From an uncultured Phycisphaerales bacterium (GTDB lineage Bacteria; Planctomycetota; Phycisphaerae; Tepidisphaerales; Tepidisphaeraceae), in contig CAVWVQ010000003.1 in assembly GCA_963758525.1 (NCBI GenBank), positions 3,200,001 through 3,264,000 of the forward strand: DNA of 64,000 nucleotides, read 5' to 3'. Positions 20,821 to 31,385 of this stretch are shown one piece after another (within the stretch, counting starts at the first letter, position 1; every line of letters starts with the position of its first letter). The position numbers were made by a program, and so were the translations under genes. Below the pieces are notes generated by a model that saw only the letters and a program-made list of their open reading frames with translations, ran no database searches and was not told the origin of the DNA.

Positions 20821-21390
20821 TTATGGCAGCATGTCGGCGACGGCGACGAGGGCCTTGGAGGCCGCGAGAGGGGCGACGGATTGGCCGGCAGTCAGAACCT
20901 GTATTGCGGCGAAGCCATGCTTGCCTGCGGTCAGACGGGGCCGTCGATATACTTCCAGGCGGTTATGGGCGAGATCCAGGACCCAATACTCCCGGATCTT
21001 CCGGCTGGAATATCGCTGCAGCTTGATGCCGCGATCGTATGCGAGCGTGGTGTCGCTCACCTCGACAACGAGTAATGGCTTCACGCGATTGCCGCCGCCC
21101 ACGAAGTCACGCTTAGCACCGGCGACTACCGCCAGATCCGGCTCGGGCACGTCCAAATTATCCAGGCGGACGGGTGCCTGCATTCGCACCCAGTAACCTG
21201 TGCCGAACGCCTTCTCGAGCGCCTCCGCAGCGAGCGCGACGGCGATGACGTGCGTATCCGGTTGTGGCGCCATTTGGATCACCTCTCCGCGCAGCAATTC
21301 CACCCGCTGGTCTCTGAAGAAACCAGCGTCAGCCATCTGCTGGTACTCATCACTTGTCCAGCGGCGTTTTCGCGGTTCGGCGAGTGTCAT
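20821..21390 (-). CDS. Uma2 family (PD-(D/E)XK) putative endonuclease
   Basis: RRWTSDEY, RVELLRGE, PEPDLAVV, LLVVEVSDTT, EYWVLDL. Confidence 0.92.
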   Translation of the reverse strand: MTLAEPRKRRWTSDEYQQMADAGFFRDQRVELLRGEVIQMAPQPDTHVIAVALAAEALEKAFGTGYWVRMQAPVRLDNLDVPEPDLAVVAGAKRDFVGGGNRVKPLLVVEVSDTTLAYDRGIKLQRYSSRKIREYWVLDLAHNRLEVYRRPRLTAGKHGFAAIQVLTAGQSVAPLAASKALVAVADMLP

Positions 21391-21404
21391 GATCAAACTC
21401 CGCG

Positions 21405-21710
21405 TCACGCGAAAATCTCAGCGACGGTGCGTTGGAAGCCGGGGACCACGTTTCCTCCATCGAGGGTGTCTGCCTCGCGCAAAACCAACGGCTGTAGTCC
21501 ACTCTGATGAGCGGTGACGGTTTTCCGACGCGGATTGACAAGCCAGACAAGGGCGGCTCCTGCACTCAAATACTCGTCAACCTTATCTTCAACCTCCTGC
21601 GCCGTGTCGGACGGGGATAACAACTCTCCGTTGACCAACTCGCGTCGCACGTTTCCATCGGGGAGGCTCCAAAGCTCATCCGCCGTCATCATTCGTGATG
21701 TGGTAGTCAT
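21405..21710 (-). pseudogene. Uma2 family gene with an in-frame internal deletion
   Basis: The N-terminal RELVNGEL is fused directly to LSPSDT...KVDEYLSAGAALVWLVNP...LDGGNVVPGF. The PD/VEV core is absent (101 aa). Confidence 0.75.
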
Positions 21711-21788
21711 AAGATCGAGCCTTTCCTCTCAATATACCCGATCCCGAGGTTGAACTGGTGTTCCCTGGACCCCTGAACACCCTGAACC

Positions 21789-23324
21789 CTAAACGACCTG
21801 ATGCGCCGGCTTCGGCAGATCGTCATGAATCGTCTGCTGCTTCGGCTGATCGCCCGCGAAGGTGAAGAGGATCATGTCGTCGTCGATGCGCGCCTGCAGA
21901 TGCACGGGCCGCTGCCAGATGCGGTACAGATTCTTGAGCGTCTCAACCGCGTATTTGATTTCGATGTCCAGCCCGTTGTGTTTGTGCGCCAGGAACAGCT
22001 CGCCGCGATTGGCGTAGTTGCCATCAACGACGTAAATGAACGGCTGGCCCATGTTCGTCAGTTGATAGAGCAGCGTCTGCTTGATCCGCTGCGGATCGCG
22101 GCTGACGATCCGAAGCTGCCCGGTGTGGGGGTCGCGGCCATATTGGTAAAACTTGTGCTTCTCGATGAATTCGGGCGTCATGAACTCGTCGATAAAGTTC
22201 ACGTCGTTGTAGACGCGCCGCACTTCAAAGATCTTTTCGCGCCCCAGCCCAAGTCCCTTGTCCCACCGGCGTTTTTCACCGAGGTTTTGCGCTTCCTCGT
22301 ATTCTTTGCCGAACTTCCCTTTGTTCCAGCGATCTTCGATGTCGCGGAACAGTTCGATGCCGATTTTGTAAGGGTTAAAGTTGCCCGGCGGCATGTGCAC
22401 GGTGCCACTGTGATGATCGGCATAGTCGACGATGTCATGTGCCCCAACAAAGTGCCGGGTCATCAGCGTGCTGTGCCAGTAGCTGGCCCAACCTTCGTTC
22501 ATGACCTTGGTCATGCCTTGGGGCGCGAAGTAGTAGCTTTCCTCGCGGACGATCGAGAGACAGTCCATCTGCCAGTCTTCCAGGCGGGCGTGCTCGAGCA
22601 GGTAAAGCAGCACGTCGCGCGTGGGGCGCGATGGGGTCGCGTGGCGCATCTTTGCCTTCTCATCGCGAAACTTCTTCGCCTCGGCTTCGATGACTTTCGG
22701 CGGATTGATCCAGCGATCCAGATAATCCTTGCTCTTGAACTTGTTGGCCATCGGCTCTTCGCGCTTGGCGGGCTCGACCGCATTGTCGTTGGGGCCGCGC
22801 TTCAGGAACATGCTGTGCGGATCGATCAGATGCTCGAGGCTCAGGCAGGTGTCGAGCCAGCGCTCGACCACGTCGTAGCCGTGCTTCTCGATGTGCTTGC
22901 GGACGTGCGTCGCGTGATTCGCCATCTCGTCCATCATTTTCCGATTGGTCTGGCTGAACCACAGGTTGTTCTTGAAGAAGTCGCTGTGCCCGTAAACGTG
23001 CGCGATCACCAGCTTCTGATCCACCAGCGCGTTGGATTCCTGCAAGTAGGCGTAGCAGGGATCGTTGTTGATCACCATCTCGTAAATCCGGCCCAAGCCG
23101 TAATGATGGCGCTTGCGCAAGCTCTCGTATTCCGATCCGTAACGCCAGTGCGGATAGCGCTGCGGAAACCCGCCGTACGCGGCGATCTGATTCATCTGCT
23201 CGTAGTCGCACATCTCGAAGATGACGGGGAAAAAGTCCAGCCCGTACGAACGCGCGCGCTCGCGGATCTGCTTCTTGGCCGCAAGAAGATCGTCGGGGAA
23301 CGGGATCAGCGTGTGAGATGCCAT
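21789..23324 (-). CDS. spoVR: SpoVR family protein
   Basis: [51 protein letters not shown]. Confidence 0.93.
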   Translation of the reverse strand: MASHTLIPFPDDLLAAKKQIRERARSYGLDFFPVIFEMCDYEQMNQIAAYGGFPQRYPHWRYGSEYESLRKRHHYGLGRIYEMVINNDPCYAYLQESNALVDQKLVIAHVYGHSDFFKNNLWFSQTNRKMMDEMANHATHVRKHIEKHGYDVVERWLDTCLSLEHLIDPHSMFLKRGPNDNAVEPAKREEPMANKFKSKDYLDRWINPPKVIEAEAKKFRDEKAKMRHATPSRPTRDVLLYLLEHARLEDWQMDCLSIVREESYYFAPQGMTKVMNEGWASYWHSTLMTRHFVGAHDIVDYADHHSGTVHMPPGNFNPYKIGIELFRDIEDRWNKGKFGKEYEEAQNLGEKRRWDKGLGLGREKIFEVRRVYNDVNFIDEFMTPEFIEKHKFYQYGRDPHTGQLRIVSRDPQRIKQTLLYQLTNMGQPFIYVVDGNYANRGELFLAHKHNGLDIEIKYAVETLKNLYRIWQRPVHLQARIDDDMILFTFAGDQPKQQTIHDDLPKPAHQVV

Positions 23325-23520
23325 AACGGACGCACCTTTGCTGGTGAATTCTAGGTGACTCTGCGCGCAACGCGCATCACTGTCGTTTACCGGCTGCCCG
23401 CGGGGCAGCGATGTACTTTATGCAAAATTGACGGTGGTCACACAAGCTTTACACACTTTTCGCCCCCGCAGGTACTATCAACAGCATCAGTTGCACCGGC
23501 GGAAACTTTCGGAGGATCAC

Positions 23521-24366
23521 GTGAAAAGAGATTGGAACATCTGGATCGCGGTGTTGATGTTGGCCGGAAGTATCGCATGGAGCACGTCAGGCGCGAGGGC
23601 GGACGCTCCCGCTGCTCCGCAGTTCCATCCCACCACTGGGCCCGCGGAGACGTCAGCCACCGCACCGGCGACCGCGCCCACTACAATCATCACGCGCGCC
23701 CCGCAGGTTCCGGATGTCGCCGCACCCAAGTGGGACAAAACCGGTTCGATCGACAAGCGATTCCGGGCCATGCATGAGTCGTTCCTCAAGCGCGGAGAGA
23801 GCGGCCCAATCGGTCTGCTGTTCCTCGGCGACTCCATCACCGAGGGGTGGGTGAAAGCGCAGGCCCTCTGGAACGAGCGCTACGGCAAGGACGACGTGGC
23901 GAATTTTGGAATCAGCGGCGATCAGACGCAGCATGTCCTCTGGCGCATCGACAGCGGGGAGCTGGACCGTATTTCTCCCAAGGTCGTCGTGCTGATGATC
24001 GGCACCAACAACATCCCGCGCTTTCCCAAGGAACAGGTGCTGCCCGGCGTGGTCAAAGTCGTGGCGGAAATTCATGAGAACCTGCCGCAGACCAGGCTGC
24101 TTCTGCTGGCGGTGTTTCCCCGCGGCGCCGACCCGAAGGACCCAAAGGTGGCCGAGCTGCGGGAGAAGATCAAGTTCGTCAACGAAGGGCTCGCGAAGCT
24201 CGATGACGGAGACAAAACCCGCTACCTCGATATCGGTCCAAAGTTCCTTGATGCGGACGATAAGCTGCCAAAGGAGATCATGCCCGATGCGCTGCATCCG
24301 AATGCAAAAGGATATCAGATGTGGGCGGACGCGATGCAGCCGTTGCTCGACGAGATGATGAAGTAA
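23521..24366 (+). CDS. Secreted SGNH/GDSL esterase (PAF-acetylhydrolase-like)
   Basis: GGAGGA RBS and GTG start, signal peptide, GDSIT, FGISGD, IGTNN, DALHP. Confidence 0.92.
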   Translation: MKRDWNIWIAVLMLAGSIAWSTSGARADAPAAPQFHPTTGPAETSATAPATAPTTIITRAPQVPDVAAPKWDKTGSIDKRFRAMHESFLKRGESGPIGLLFLGDSITEGWVKAQALWNERYGKDDVANFGISGDQTQHVLWRIDSGELDRISPKVVVLMIGTNNIPRFPKEQVLPGVVKVVAEIHENLPQTRLLLLAVFPRGADPKDPKVAELREKIKFVNEGLAKLDDGDKTRYLDIGPKFLDADDKLPKEIMPDALHPNAKGYQMWADAMQPLLDEMMK

Positions 24367-25898
24367 TTATTTTAAGACGGCGGAGAGGAACTTCATGAGC
24401 GCGACGTTGTCGATGGCCGCGCTGTTTCCGACCATGGAGACGGCCATCGCGCCAACCGCGTTGCCGATCACCCCCAGCACCGGCGCCGTGCGCCTTGGCG
24501 CATGCAGAGCGAGGTGACGGCAAAGAGTGCGTCGCCCGCGCCGATGCGGTCGACAAAATGGCCCGCCATCGCCGGGACGTGCACGATCGGCTCATCTTTG
24601 CCATAGCAAACCAGGCCTTGCCGCCCGCGCGTCACCAGCATTTTCCGGCTGTTCAGCGTCGTCGCCACCTTCCTCATGATCTGGCCGATTTCCTCGCGCC
24701 GCTGCCGGGCTTCGAGACGGATTTCTTTTTCCGAAATGCAGTAATAATCGGCCCGCGCGTATTTGCTGGCGGTGTTGAAGCCGTGATTGGCGGCATTGGA
24801 TTGCGTGTTCACCGCCAGGCAGTTTGCCTTGCGGCAGAGGATGTCGATCGCCTCTGCTTCAAGCAGGTGGTGTCCGAAGTCGCCGACAATCACCAGGTCG
24901 TATTCGGAAAGCCGGGCGTCGAGCATCTCGCACAGCCGGGCCGCGTTGCGCGGTTCATCCGCGTCTTCGTTCATCAGATAGACTTCAAACATCTTCTGAA
25001 ACGGATAGCTCTCGATGAATCGCCGTTTCACGATCGTCGGCGTGTCGGACTGGTAGATGAACGTCGGGCGAATCTTCGGGTTGAGCTTCGTCCGAACGAA
25101 TTCTTCCTGGGTGTCGTCGAGTCCCAGCGCGCTGATGAGATCGACGTTGTCGCAGAACGACGCGACGTGGTTTGCCAGCGCGATCGCTCCGCCGGCGAAC
25201 TGCTCGCGCGACTTGTAGCGCACTGCCAGGATCGGCTCCTTGCCGCTCTTCCCCAGCGTTTCGCAGTAGTGGTAGTCATCGATGATCGTCTCGCCGACCA
25301 CCAGGACGCGCAGCTTCCGGGCGCCGGTCAGATACCCGAGCAATTCATCGGCGGGATGCGTCTTCGCGAACTCGACAAGATATTCGGCAGTCTCCTTGGG
25401 GACCGACGGCATGTGGCGGTTGAGGATGTGCGAGGAGCTGAAGACGATGTCGTCGGTGAAAACCAGCTCCCCGCCAACCGATTCAATCGCCTCGCGTTCC
25501 AGCGTGATTCCGCCGGTAACGTCCTTGCCGGCATCCCTGTAATCCGATCCTTTTACGTAAAAATCCGGTTTCAGCAGCTTGATGACTTCAACCGCCGACG
25601 GCCACCGATTCACCGCGACGTAATCAACGCATTGCAGATTGGCCACCAACTCCGCGCGGAGAAGCTGATTGAATGCCGGACGATTTGGCCCCTTGTTCAC
25701 AAATTCATCCGGAGTGAGCGTCACGATCAGCGCGTCGCCAAAGTCGCGGGCCTTCTGAAAATGACGGACATGCCCCACGTGCAGCAAATCGAAAACGCCA
25801 TGGCACTGCGCCACGCGTTTTCCGTTGGCGCGCAAATCTGCAACGATCCTCGCAAGGTCGTCAAGCTCCTGAATCTTCTGACTTGGCGCGTCGGCCAT
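24367..25898 (-). CDS. Cytidylyltransferase-like + PfkB kinase fusion (HldE-like, reversed domain order); frameshift at ~24490
   Basis: HGVFDLLHVGH, NKGPNRP, KPDFYVKGSDY; VVGETIIDDY, DRIGAGDA. The corrected C-terminus ...VIGNAVGAMAVSMVGN...VLK* ends at 24367. Confidence 0.85.
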
Positions 25899-25968
25899 GA
25901 TGTCTGACCCTCAGAAGGCGGTCTGCAACAAAAAAGAGCCGCACCCGGCTTATCATTCCCAACAGAAA

Positions 25969-26962
25969 TCATCGCGCCAGATGAGCAAACCAAACTGAGG
26001 TCGCCGCCGCGATCGACTGCTCGTCCCACACCGGCGCGTCTTTCCAAAGCTGAATGTTGTCGAGCATGATACGCACGCCCGCTTCGAACGGCACCCGGGC
26101 GTGCCACCCCAGGCGCTCTCTGAATTTTCGAGACGTCGGCAAAGGTGCAGTCCGGCTCGCCCGGACGCTTGGGCAGATGGTGAATCGGCCCTCCCAGCAA
26201 CTCCACCAGATGTTTGATGCTCATCGTATTGCCCGACCCGACGTTGAAGATCTCGCCGACCGCGTCCGATTGCGCCGCGGTCGCAAACGCATCAGCCACG
26301 TCAGTGACAAAGGTAAAGTCGCGCGTCTGGCTTCCATCGCCAACAACGGTGTACGGCTGTCCCGCCAGCTTCTGCGCGAGAAACACGCCAAAAACCGCCC
26401 CATAAGCCCCGGTCGTTCGCGACCGCGGCCCATAGACGTTGAACAGCCGCAGGGAAACTGCGGGAAGCTGGTACGTCGACGCCCAGTGCATCACGTACTG
26501 TTCGCCCAGGTACTTCGTCAGTGCATACGGATACATCGGCCGGGCGGGCGCGGTTTCCGGCGTCGGATAGACGTCGGGAATTCCATAACACGAGCTCGAC
26601 GCCGCGTAGACGAACCGCTGCACGCCGGCGCTGCGGGCCGCCTCCAGCGCACCGATCGTCCCCGATACGTTGGCCGCGTGATATTGCAGCGGCTGACGAA
26701 TCGAGGGAACGATGTCCGCAAGCCCCGCAAGGTGAAACACCCACTGCGCGCCCGTCATCGCCGGTGCAAGCGCCGCGACATCGGCAACATCCACCTTGTG
26801 AAACGTGACCGCCGGATTTCCCTTCACCGGCGCGAGATTTTCCAGCCGCCCGGTGGCGAGGCTGTCGACGACCGCAACGCGATGCCCGTCGCGAACGAGA
26901 CGTTCCACGAGATGGCTTCCGATAAACCCGGCGCCGCCGGTGACCACGCATTGTTTGTTCAT
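25969..26962 (-). CDS. NAD-dependent NDP-sugar epimerase/dehydratase; frameshift at ~26113
   Basis: GGAGFIG, SSSCYG, YALTK, FNVYGP, TRDFT. The corrected C-terminus is LGWHARVPFE...WFAHLAR*. Confidence 0.9.
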
Positions 26963-26975
26963 GGGCTGCACAGAT

Positions 26976-27971
26976 TCATTTCAATGCCGCCCGCTGCATC
27001 GTCTTGATGTTGTAATATCGCTCATCATTCGGATCGGGAACCAGCCCTTCCTTGAACGCGCCCACCAGATCGCGGACCGCGTCTTCCACTGTTTTCTGTG
27101 GGGAAAAGCCCAGCTCGCGCTTGATCTTTTCCGAAGAGATCCGATACGAGCGCGGATCGTCAGTGCTCGTGCGCATGATCGTCACGTCCGGCCCCACGAT
27201 CTTCCTGACGGTCTCGGCGATCGCGTTGATCGTCATGTTGTCATAACCGGCATTGAAGATCTTCCCATCAATGGCGGCGTCCGGATACTGCAGCGATTCG
27301 ACGTACAGCCGGGCGATGTCATCGATGTGAATGTTCGGGCGCTTCTGATCGCCGCCGAAGACCGTGATCTTCCGGCGATGGTACGCGTGATTGGTGAGGA
27401 TATTGACCGACAGATCGAGCCGCAACCGCGTTGAATACCCGCAAACGGTCGCGGGGCGAAGCACCAGTGCCGTGAATCCAGGCGACCGCTTCTCAAGCAG
27501 AATCACTTCGCAGTCAGCCTTGAACTTCGAATAATCCGTCAGCGGCTCGAGCGATAGATCCTCGGTGACGTTTTCTTCTTCTTTCACGCCATAAACGCTG
27601 GAGGACGACGCGTAAATAAATCGCCGAACGCCAGCGTTCTTCGCCGCGTCCACGAGCGGCCCGAACGCGTCGAGATTGATGCTCTTCCCCAGGGCCGGAT
27701 TCAGTTCAAAGCTCGGATCATTGGAGATGCACGCCAGATGGATCACCGCGTCGCATCCGGCCACGGCTTCTTTGACCACCGCCGGGTCGCGAAGATCGCC
27801 GCAGATTTGCGTCAGCTTCGGGTGCCGGGCGACGCGCTCGAGCACGTCCTTCCCATAGAGATAAAGATCCAGCACGCGCACGGCATGGCCGGCGTCCAAT
27901 AATTTGGGAACCAGTGCCGCGCCGACGTACCCCGCGCCGCCGGTGACAAGAACGGTAAACGCATTGGGCAT
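26976..27971 (-). CDS. NAD-dependent NDP-sugar epimerase/dehydratase
   Basis: GGAGYVG, HLACISNDP, SSSSVYG, YSKFK, RLRLDL. Confidence 0.93.
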   Translation of the reverse strand: MPNAFTVLVTGGAGYVGAALVPKLLDAGHAVRVLDLYLYGKDVLERVARHPKLTQICGDLRDPAVVKEAVAGCDAVIHLACISNDPSFELNPALGKSINLDAFGPLVDAAKNAGVRRFIYASSSSVYGVKEEENVTEDLSLEPLTDYSKFKADCEVILLEKRSPGFTALVLRPATVCGYSTRLRLDLSVNILTNHAYHRRKITVFGGDQKRPNIHIDDIARLYVESLQYPDAAIDGKIFNAGYDNMTINAIAETVRKIVGPDVTIMRTSTDDPRSYRISSEKIKRELGFSPQKTVEDAVRDLVGAFKEGLVPDPNDERYYNIKTMQRAALK

Positions 27972-28314
27972 CGCGGTGCATTCCTCAGGGAAATATTGCG
28001 GAAATCCGACTCCAACCGCCAGACTGCGAGATTAAGGGCTGCCCGCCAGATCGTCAAATTGCGGCATGCCCGTTCAGCGTGTGGAGGCGCGCGAATGACC
28101 AAGGCCCAATGGCCAACAAAGCGCCAAACCCCAAGTCCCAAGGTTCGGTTTCGCATTGGTCATTGCGGCTTCCCCGTGGCACGGGCATCCTGCCCGTGCG
28201 AGCGGCGTAGAAGTAGATGGAATCCGCGCTTCATCATAAACCTTTGATATCTTTGATATATACTCTCGGGCGATGTCGAACAGGTCGCCCTCACACCCCA
28301 GCGAGGCGTATCCC

Positions 28315-29010
28315 ATGGGATGTCAGGGCCAGTCAGCGCGGCTCGTCACCCGCTTATGCATGTTGAGCGCGGCATTATGCGGTATGCCATGGGGCTTGCG
28401 TCCTGCCGTGGCACAAGAGCCGCCCGTCGCGTCGGCGGCGATGGATCAGCAATGCACGCTTGTCGCACAACTGGGACATTCGAGCGATTTGAGATCTGCC
28501 TGCTTTTCCCCCGACGCCAGGCAAATCCTCACCGCAAGCGATGATCACACCGCGCGGCTATGGGACGCGGCAAGCGGCAAGGAACTGCGGCGATTCGAAG
28601 GGCACACCGACAGGGTGCTCTGTGCCTGCTTTTCTCCTGACGGCAGGCAAGTGCTGACCGGAAGCGTGGATCACACTGCCCGGCTTTGGAGCTCGTCCAC
28701 CGGCAGGGAACTGCGACGATTCACGAACGCGGAATTGGTCAGCTCCGTCTGTTTTTCCCCCGACTGCTCACGGGTTGCTGGGATAAAACCGCGCGACTCT
28801 GGGATGCCGCCACCGGCAACGAACTGCAGCGATTCGAAGGGCACTCGGACCAGGTGCGTTGCGCCTGCTTCTCCCCCGATGGCAAGCAAATCCTTACCGG
28901 CAGCTCCGACAAGACAGCCCGGCTCTGGGATGCGGGCACCGGAAAGGAACTGCGCCGATTCGAGGGGCACTCGGCGGAGTTGAGCCGCGTCTGCTTTGCC
29001 CCCGGCGGCC
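28315..29010 (+). pseudogene. 5' fragment of a secreted WD40-repeat(-caspase) gene; frameshifted and truncated by an IS
   Basis: Signal peptide and repeats GHxxxVxxACFSPDGxQILTxSxDxTARLWD. An inferred ~10-nt deletion near 28765. The gene ends at the IS terminus. Confidence 0.85.
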
Positions 29011-29296
29011 CACTACTGTCCGGTCACAACTCGAACAGTGAGAGTTGGTTATGATTCCGACCTTCATCATTTTGCTGTTTGATTTCTAAAAAGAGCTGAT
29101 TTACGGGGGTTTTCTCGAAAATCATGACGCTGAGAATCTGCATAATTTCGTTCGGCGACTGCCGCAGTCCTTGGCGGTGCTTGAGCAGATGAACCAGCAC
29201 GTAGACCATCACCGCGATCCACAACTGCGTCTTGACGGCGTTGGGTGTCGTGCCGAAAAACGCCTTGATGTGCAGGTGCTGCTTCATCCATTTGAA
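29011..29296 (-). mobile_element. IS4-family element remnant (3' end of transposase plus terminal repeat)
   Basis: FKWMKQHLHIKAFFGTTPNAVKTQLWIAV is a typical IS4 DDE C-terminus. The stop is followed immediately by the putative end CCGGACAGTAGTG (29011-29023). Confidence 0.85.
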
Positions 29297-29775
29297 TCAA
29301 TCGCGGCCTGGGGCAACTCGCCTATGACAAGCGAATGCGCGTGCTCGCCGCCAGCCAGAGCGACCGTGAGGCCATCGAGAGTCAAATGGTGCAGCACGGC
29401 CTGCTAACCTACGCAATCGTCCACGACGGCCTCGATGCCAGGCAGGCGCCCCAACTGAACGTGAACATCTACGTCACCAGGCAGATGACCAGTCTCGGCG
29501 GATGTCTGCGGTACGCCGTCGAACGCGTCCCCTCTCTCTACGCCGAGGTGCAAAAGGGCCAGATCAATGATTTCGGCGTCGGCGACTCCCCGCGCGGCAT
29601 GCGCGGACTCAGGTTGGCCGACACACCCGATGCCGAGGGTTTGAATGACAGCGCCCGCGCCCCGCGATATTCGACTTTGCAGACCCCGCCCAGGACCCAA
29701 GGCTCGTCGTCGGCAGCCAGACTTTCGGACCGCTCTTCCTCAAGCCGAGGCAATAGCGAACGGGGCTGCGAATAG
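29297..29775 (+). pseudogene. 3' fragment of a caspase-like (peptidase C14) domain
   Basis: NRGLGQLAYDKRMRVLAASQSDREAIE...HGLLTYAI...RYAVERVP resembles the p10-like part of bacterial WD40-caspase proteins. Confidence 0.7.
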
Positions 29776-30073
29776 TTGCCATGCCTTGCTCTCCGACTCG
29801 CCGCCAAAAACGCCGACAGTGGATTCACCGAAGAATACCGGCGAGCGGTTTCCGGGAAAGCCAACGGATTGCCATCCGTGGGTCTTCGTATTGCACAAGC
29901 GCCCGATCGCAAGCGGTCGCGGAAGATGCGACGGGATAGGGCGCCCTGTCAGAGAAAGAAGGCGTCAATGAACATTCCCCCGGATTCGAAAGAGCGGCTC
30001 TTGGAAGAGGAACGGCGCATTGACGTTTCGACGTCCGATCGGTTCTGGTAAACTCAAGAGAACCAAAGGCGCT

Positions 30074-31033
30074 ATGCAAAACAAAAACGACATTCGCGAC
30101 ATGTTCTCACGACGCCGATTTCTTGCCGGCACGGCGGCGGTCGGGGCTGCGGTGATGCTCGGCCGGGAAGCTCCGGCGACTGAGACCCCGCCGGCCGAGA
30201 CGAGCGGCAAGCCCCACTCGGTGTTCGGCGGCGTGGTGATCGGAATCAACACCTACAGCTACCGCGGCGGCGAGATCAACACCGCCGAGGAAACCCTCAA
30301 GGCCTTGATCGAGGACGGTCTGAGCGAGTGCGAGTTGAAGGATGGCCCGCTTCGCGCTTACGGCGTGTATCCCGCGTCGGCCACGAAGGGGGAATTGCTC
30401 GGCGCCAAGCCGACCGAGGAGGAACTCGCCAAACGCCGTGCGGGCATGCTCGCCAAAGCCGCGGAGCTGCGCAAGATGTACAACGACGCCGGCGTCAACA
30501 TTCACATTCACAAATGCCCATTCGGGCCGAAGGATGAAGACATCAACTTCAACTTCGATCTGGCCAAGGCGCTGGGATGCAAGGCCATCACCACCGAGCG
30601 CAGCGACAGCCTCGCCAAAAAGCTCGCGCCATTCGCCGAGAAGCACAAGATTTACGTGGCGTTCCACAACCACACCAACGACATGCCGATCATCGACAAG
30701 CCCGACCCGCTTCTCGATTGCGGCCAGTACATCATGTTCAATTTCGACATCGGCCACTACGTGGCCGGCTCGAAGGGCAAGAGCCCCATCCCCGTAATTG
30801 AAAAATACCACGACCGGATCATCAGCCTGCACCTCAAAGACCGCACTGCCGACGGCGGCAATCTGCCTTGGGGTCGGGGCACGACACCCATCAAGGAAGT
30901 GCTGCAACTTCTCAAGCAGGAGAAGTGGCCGATATACGGCGACATTGAGCTGGAATATAAAATTCCCCCTGGCTCCACATCCGTCGCCGAAGTCGCCAAG
31001 TGCGTGGCGTACTGCAAGGAAGCGTTGACGTAG
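30074..31033 (+). CDS. Tat-exported sugar phosphate isomerase/epimerase (xylose-isomerase-like TIM barrel)
   Basis: SRRRFL twin-arginine signal, GINTYSYR, FHNH, FDIGHY, LHLKDR, IELEY. Confidence 0.88.
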   Translation: MQNKNDIRDMFSRRRFLAGTAAVGAAVMLGREAPATETPPAETSGKPHSVFGGVVIGINTYSYRGGEINTAEETLKALIEDGLSECELKDGPLRAYGVYPASATKGELLGAKPTEEELAKRRAGMLAKAAELRKMYNDAGVNIHIHKCPFGPKDEDINFNFDLAKALGCKAITTERSDSLAKKLAPFAEKHKIYVAFHNHTNDMPIIDKPDPLLDCGQYIMFNFDIGHYVAGSKGKSPIPVIEKYHDRIISLHLKDRTADGGNLPWGRGTTPIKEVLQLLKQEKWPIYGDIELEYKIPPGSTSVAEVAKCVAYCKEALT

Positions 31034-31139
31034 CGGGGGGCGTTGGATACGCATGGGCGCCGCGCTGCCGTCCTTTTCCAGAAGCTTGATGAACGCGGCC
31101 TGGCGCCCGTGGCGATGGTTCCGTGCGCCGGTCCGCCAC

Positions 31140-31355
31140 GGCATCGAGCCGGAGACGCAGCAGTCCTGGCACCCGGGGCGGGCACGTCTCAACAACGAAG
31201 AGTTCGGCCCGAGGATGCAAGTAATCCCGGCGCACCGGGACGCGACTGTAACAGGGGGTATCCCCCCGCTCTCCGAAGTTGTTCAGTCGGCGGTTGCCGC
31301 GATTCAGCAGATGAGACACCTGATTGTCCGCCGAAGATATTGCACGCCGGAGCAT
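31140..31355 (-). pseudogene. Possible degenerate REP-associated tyrosine transposase (RAYT) remnant
   Basis: MLRRAISSADNQVSHLLNRGNRRLNNF resembles the RAYT N-terminus (YHVLNRGN..IF), and VETCPPRVPGLL resembles VERNPLRAGLV. The HUH core is missing. Confidence 0.35.
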
Positions 31356-31385
31356 TACCCAAAAGTACCTGAGAAATGGCGACCC

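Noticed and set aside
28400..29000. WD40 DNA repeats as a diversity-generating retroelement template/variable pair
   Set aside because: They are ordinary coding repeats. No reverse transcriptase is present and no adenine-specific mismatch pattern was noticed.
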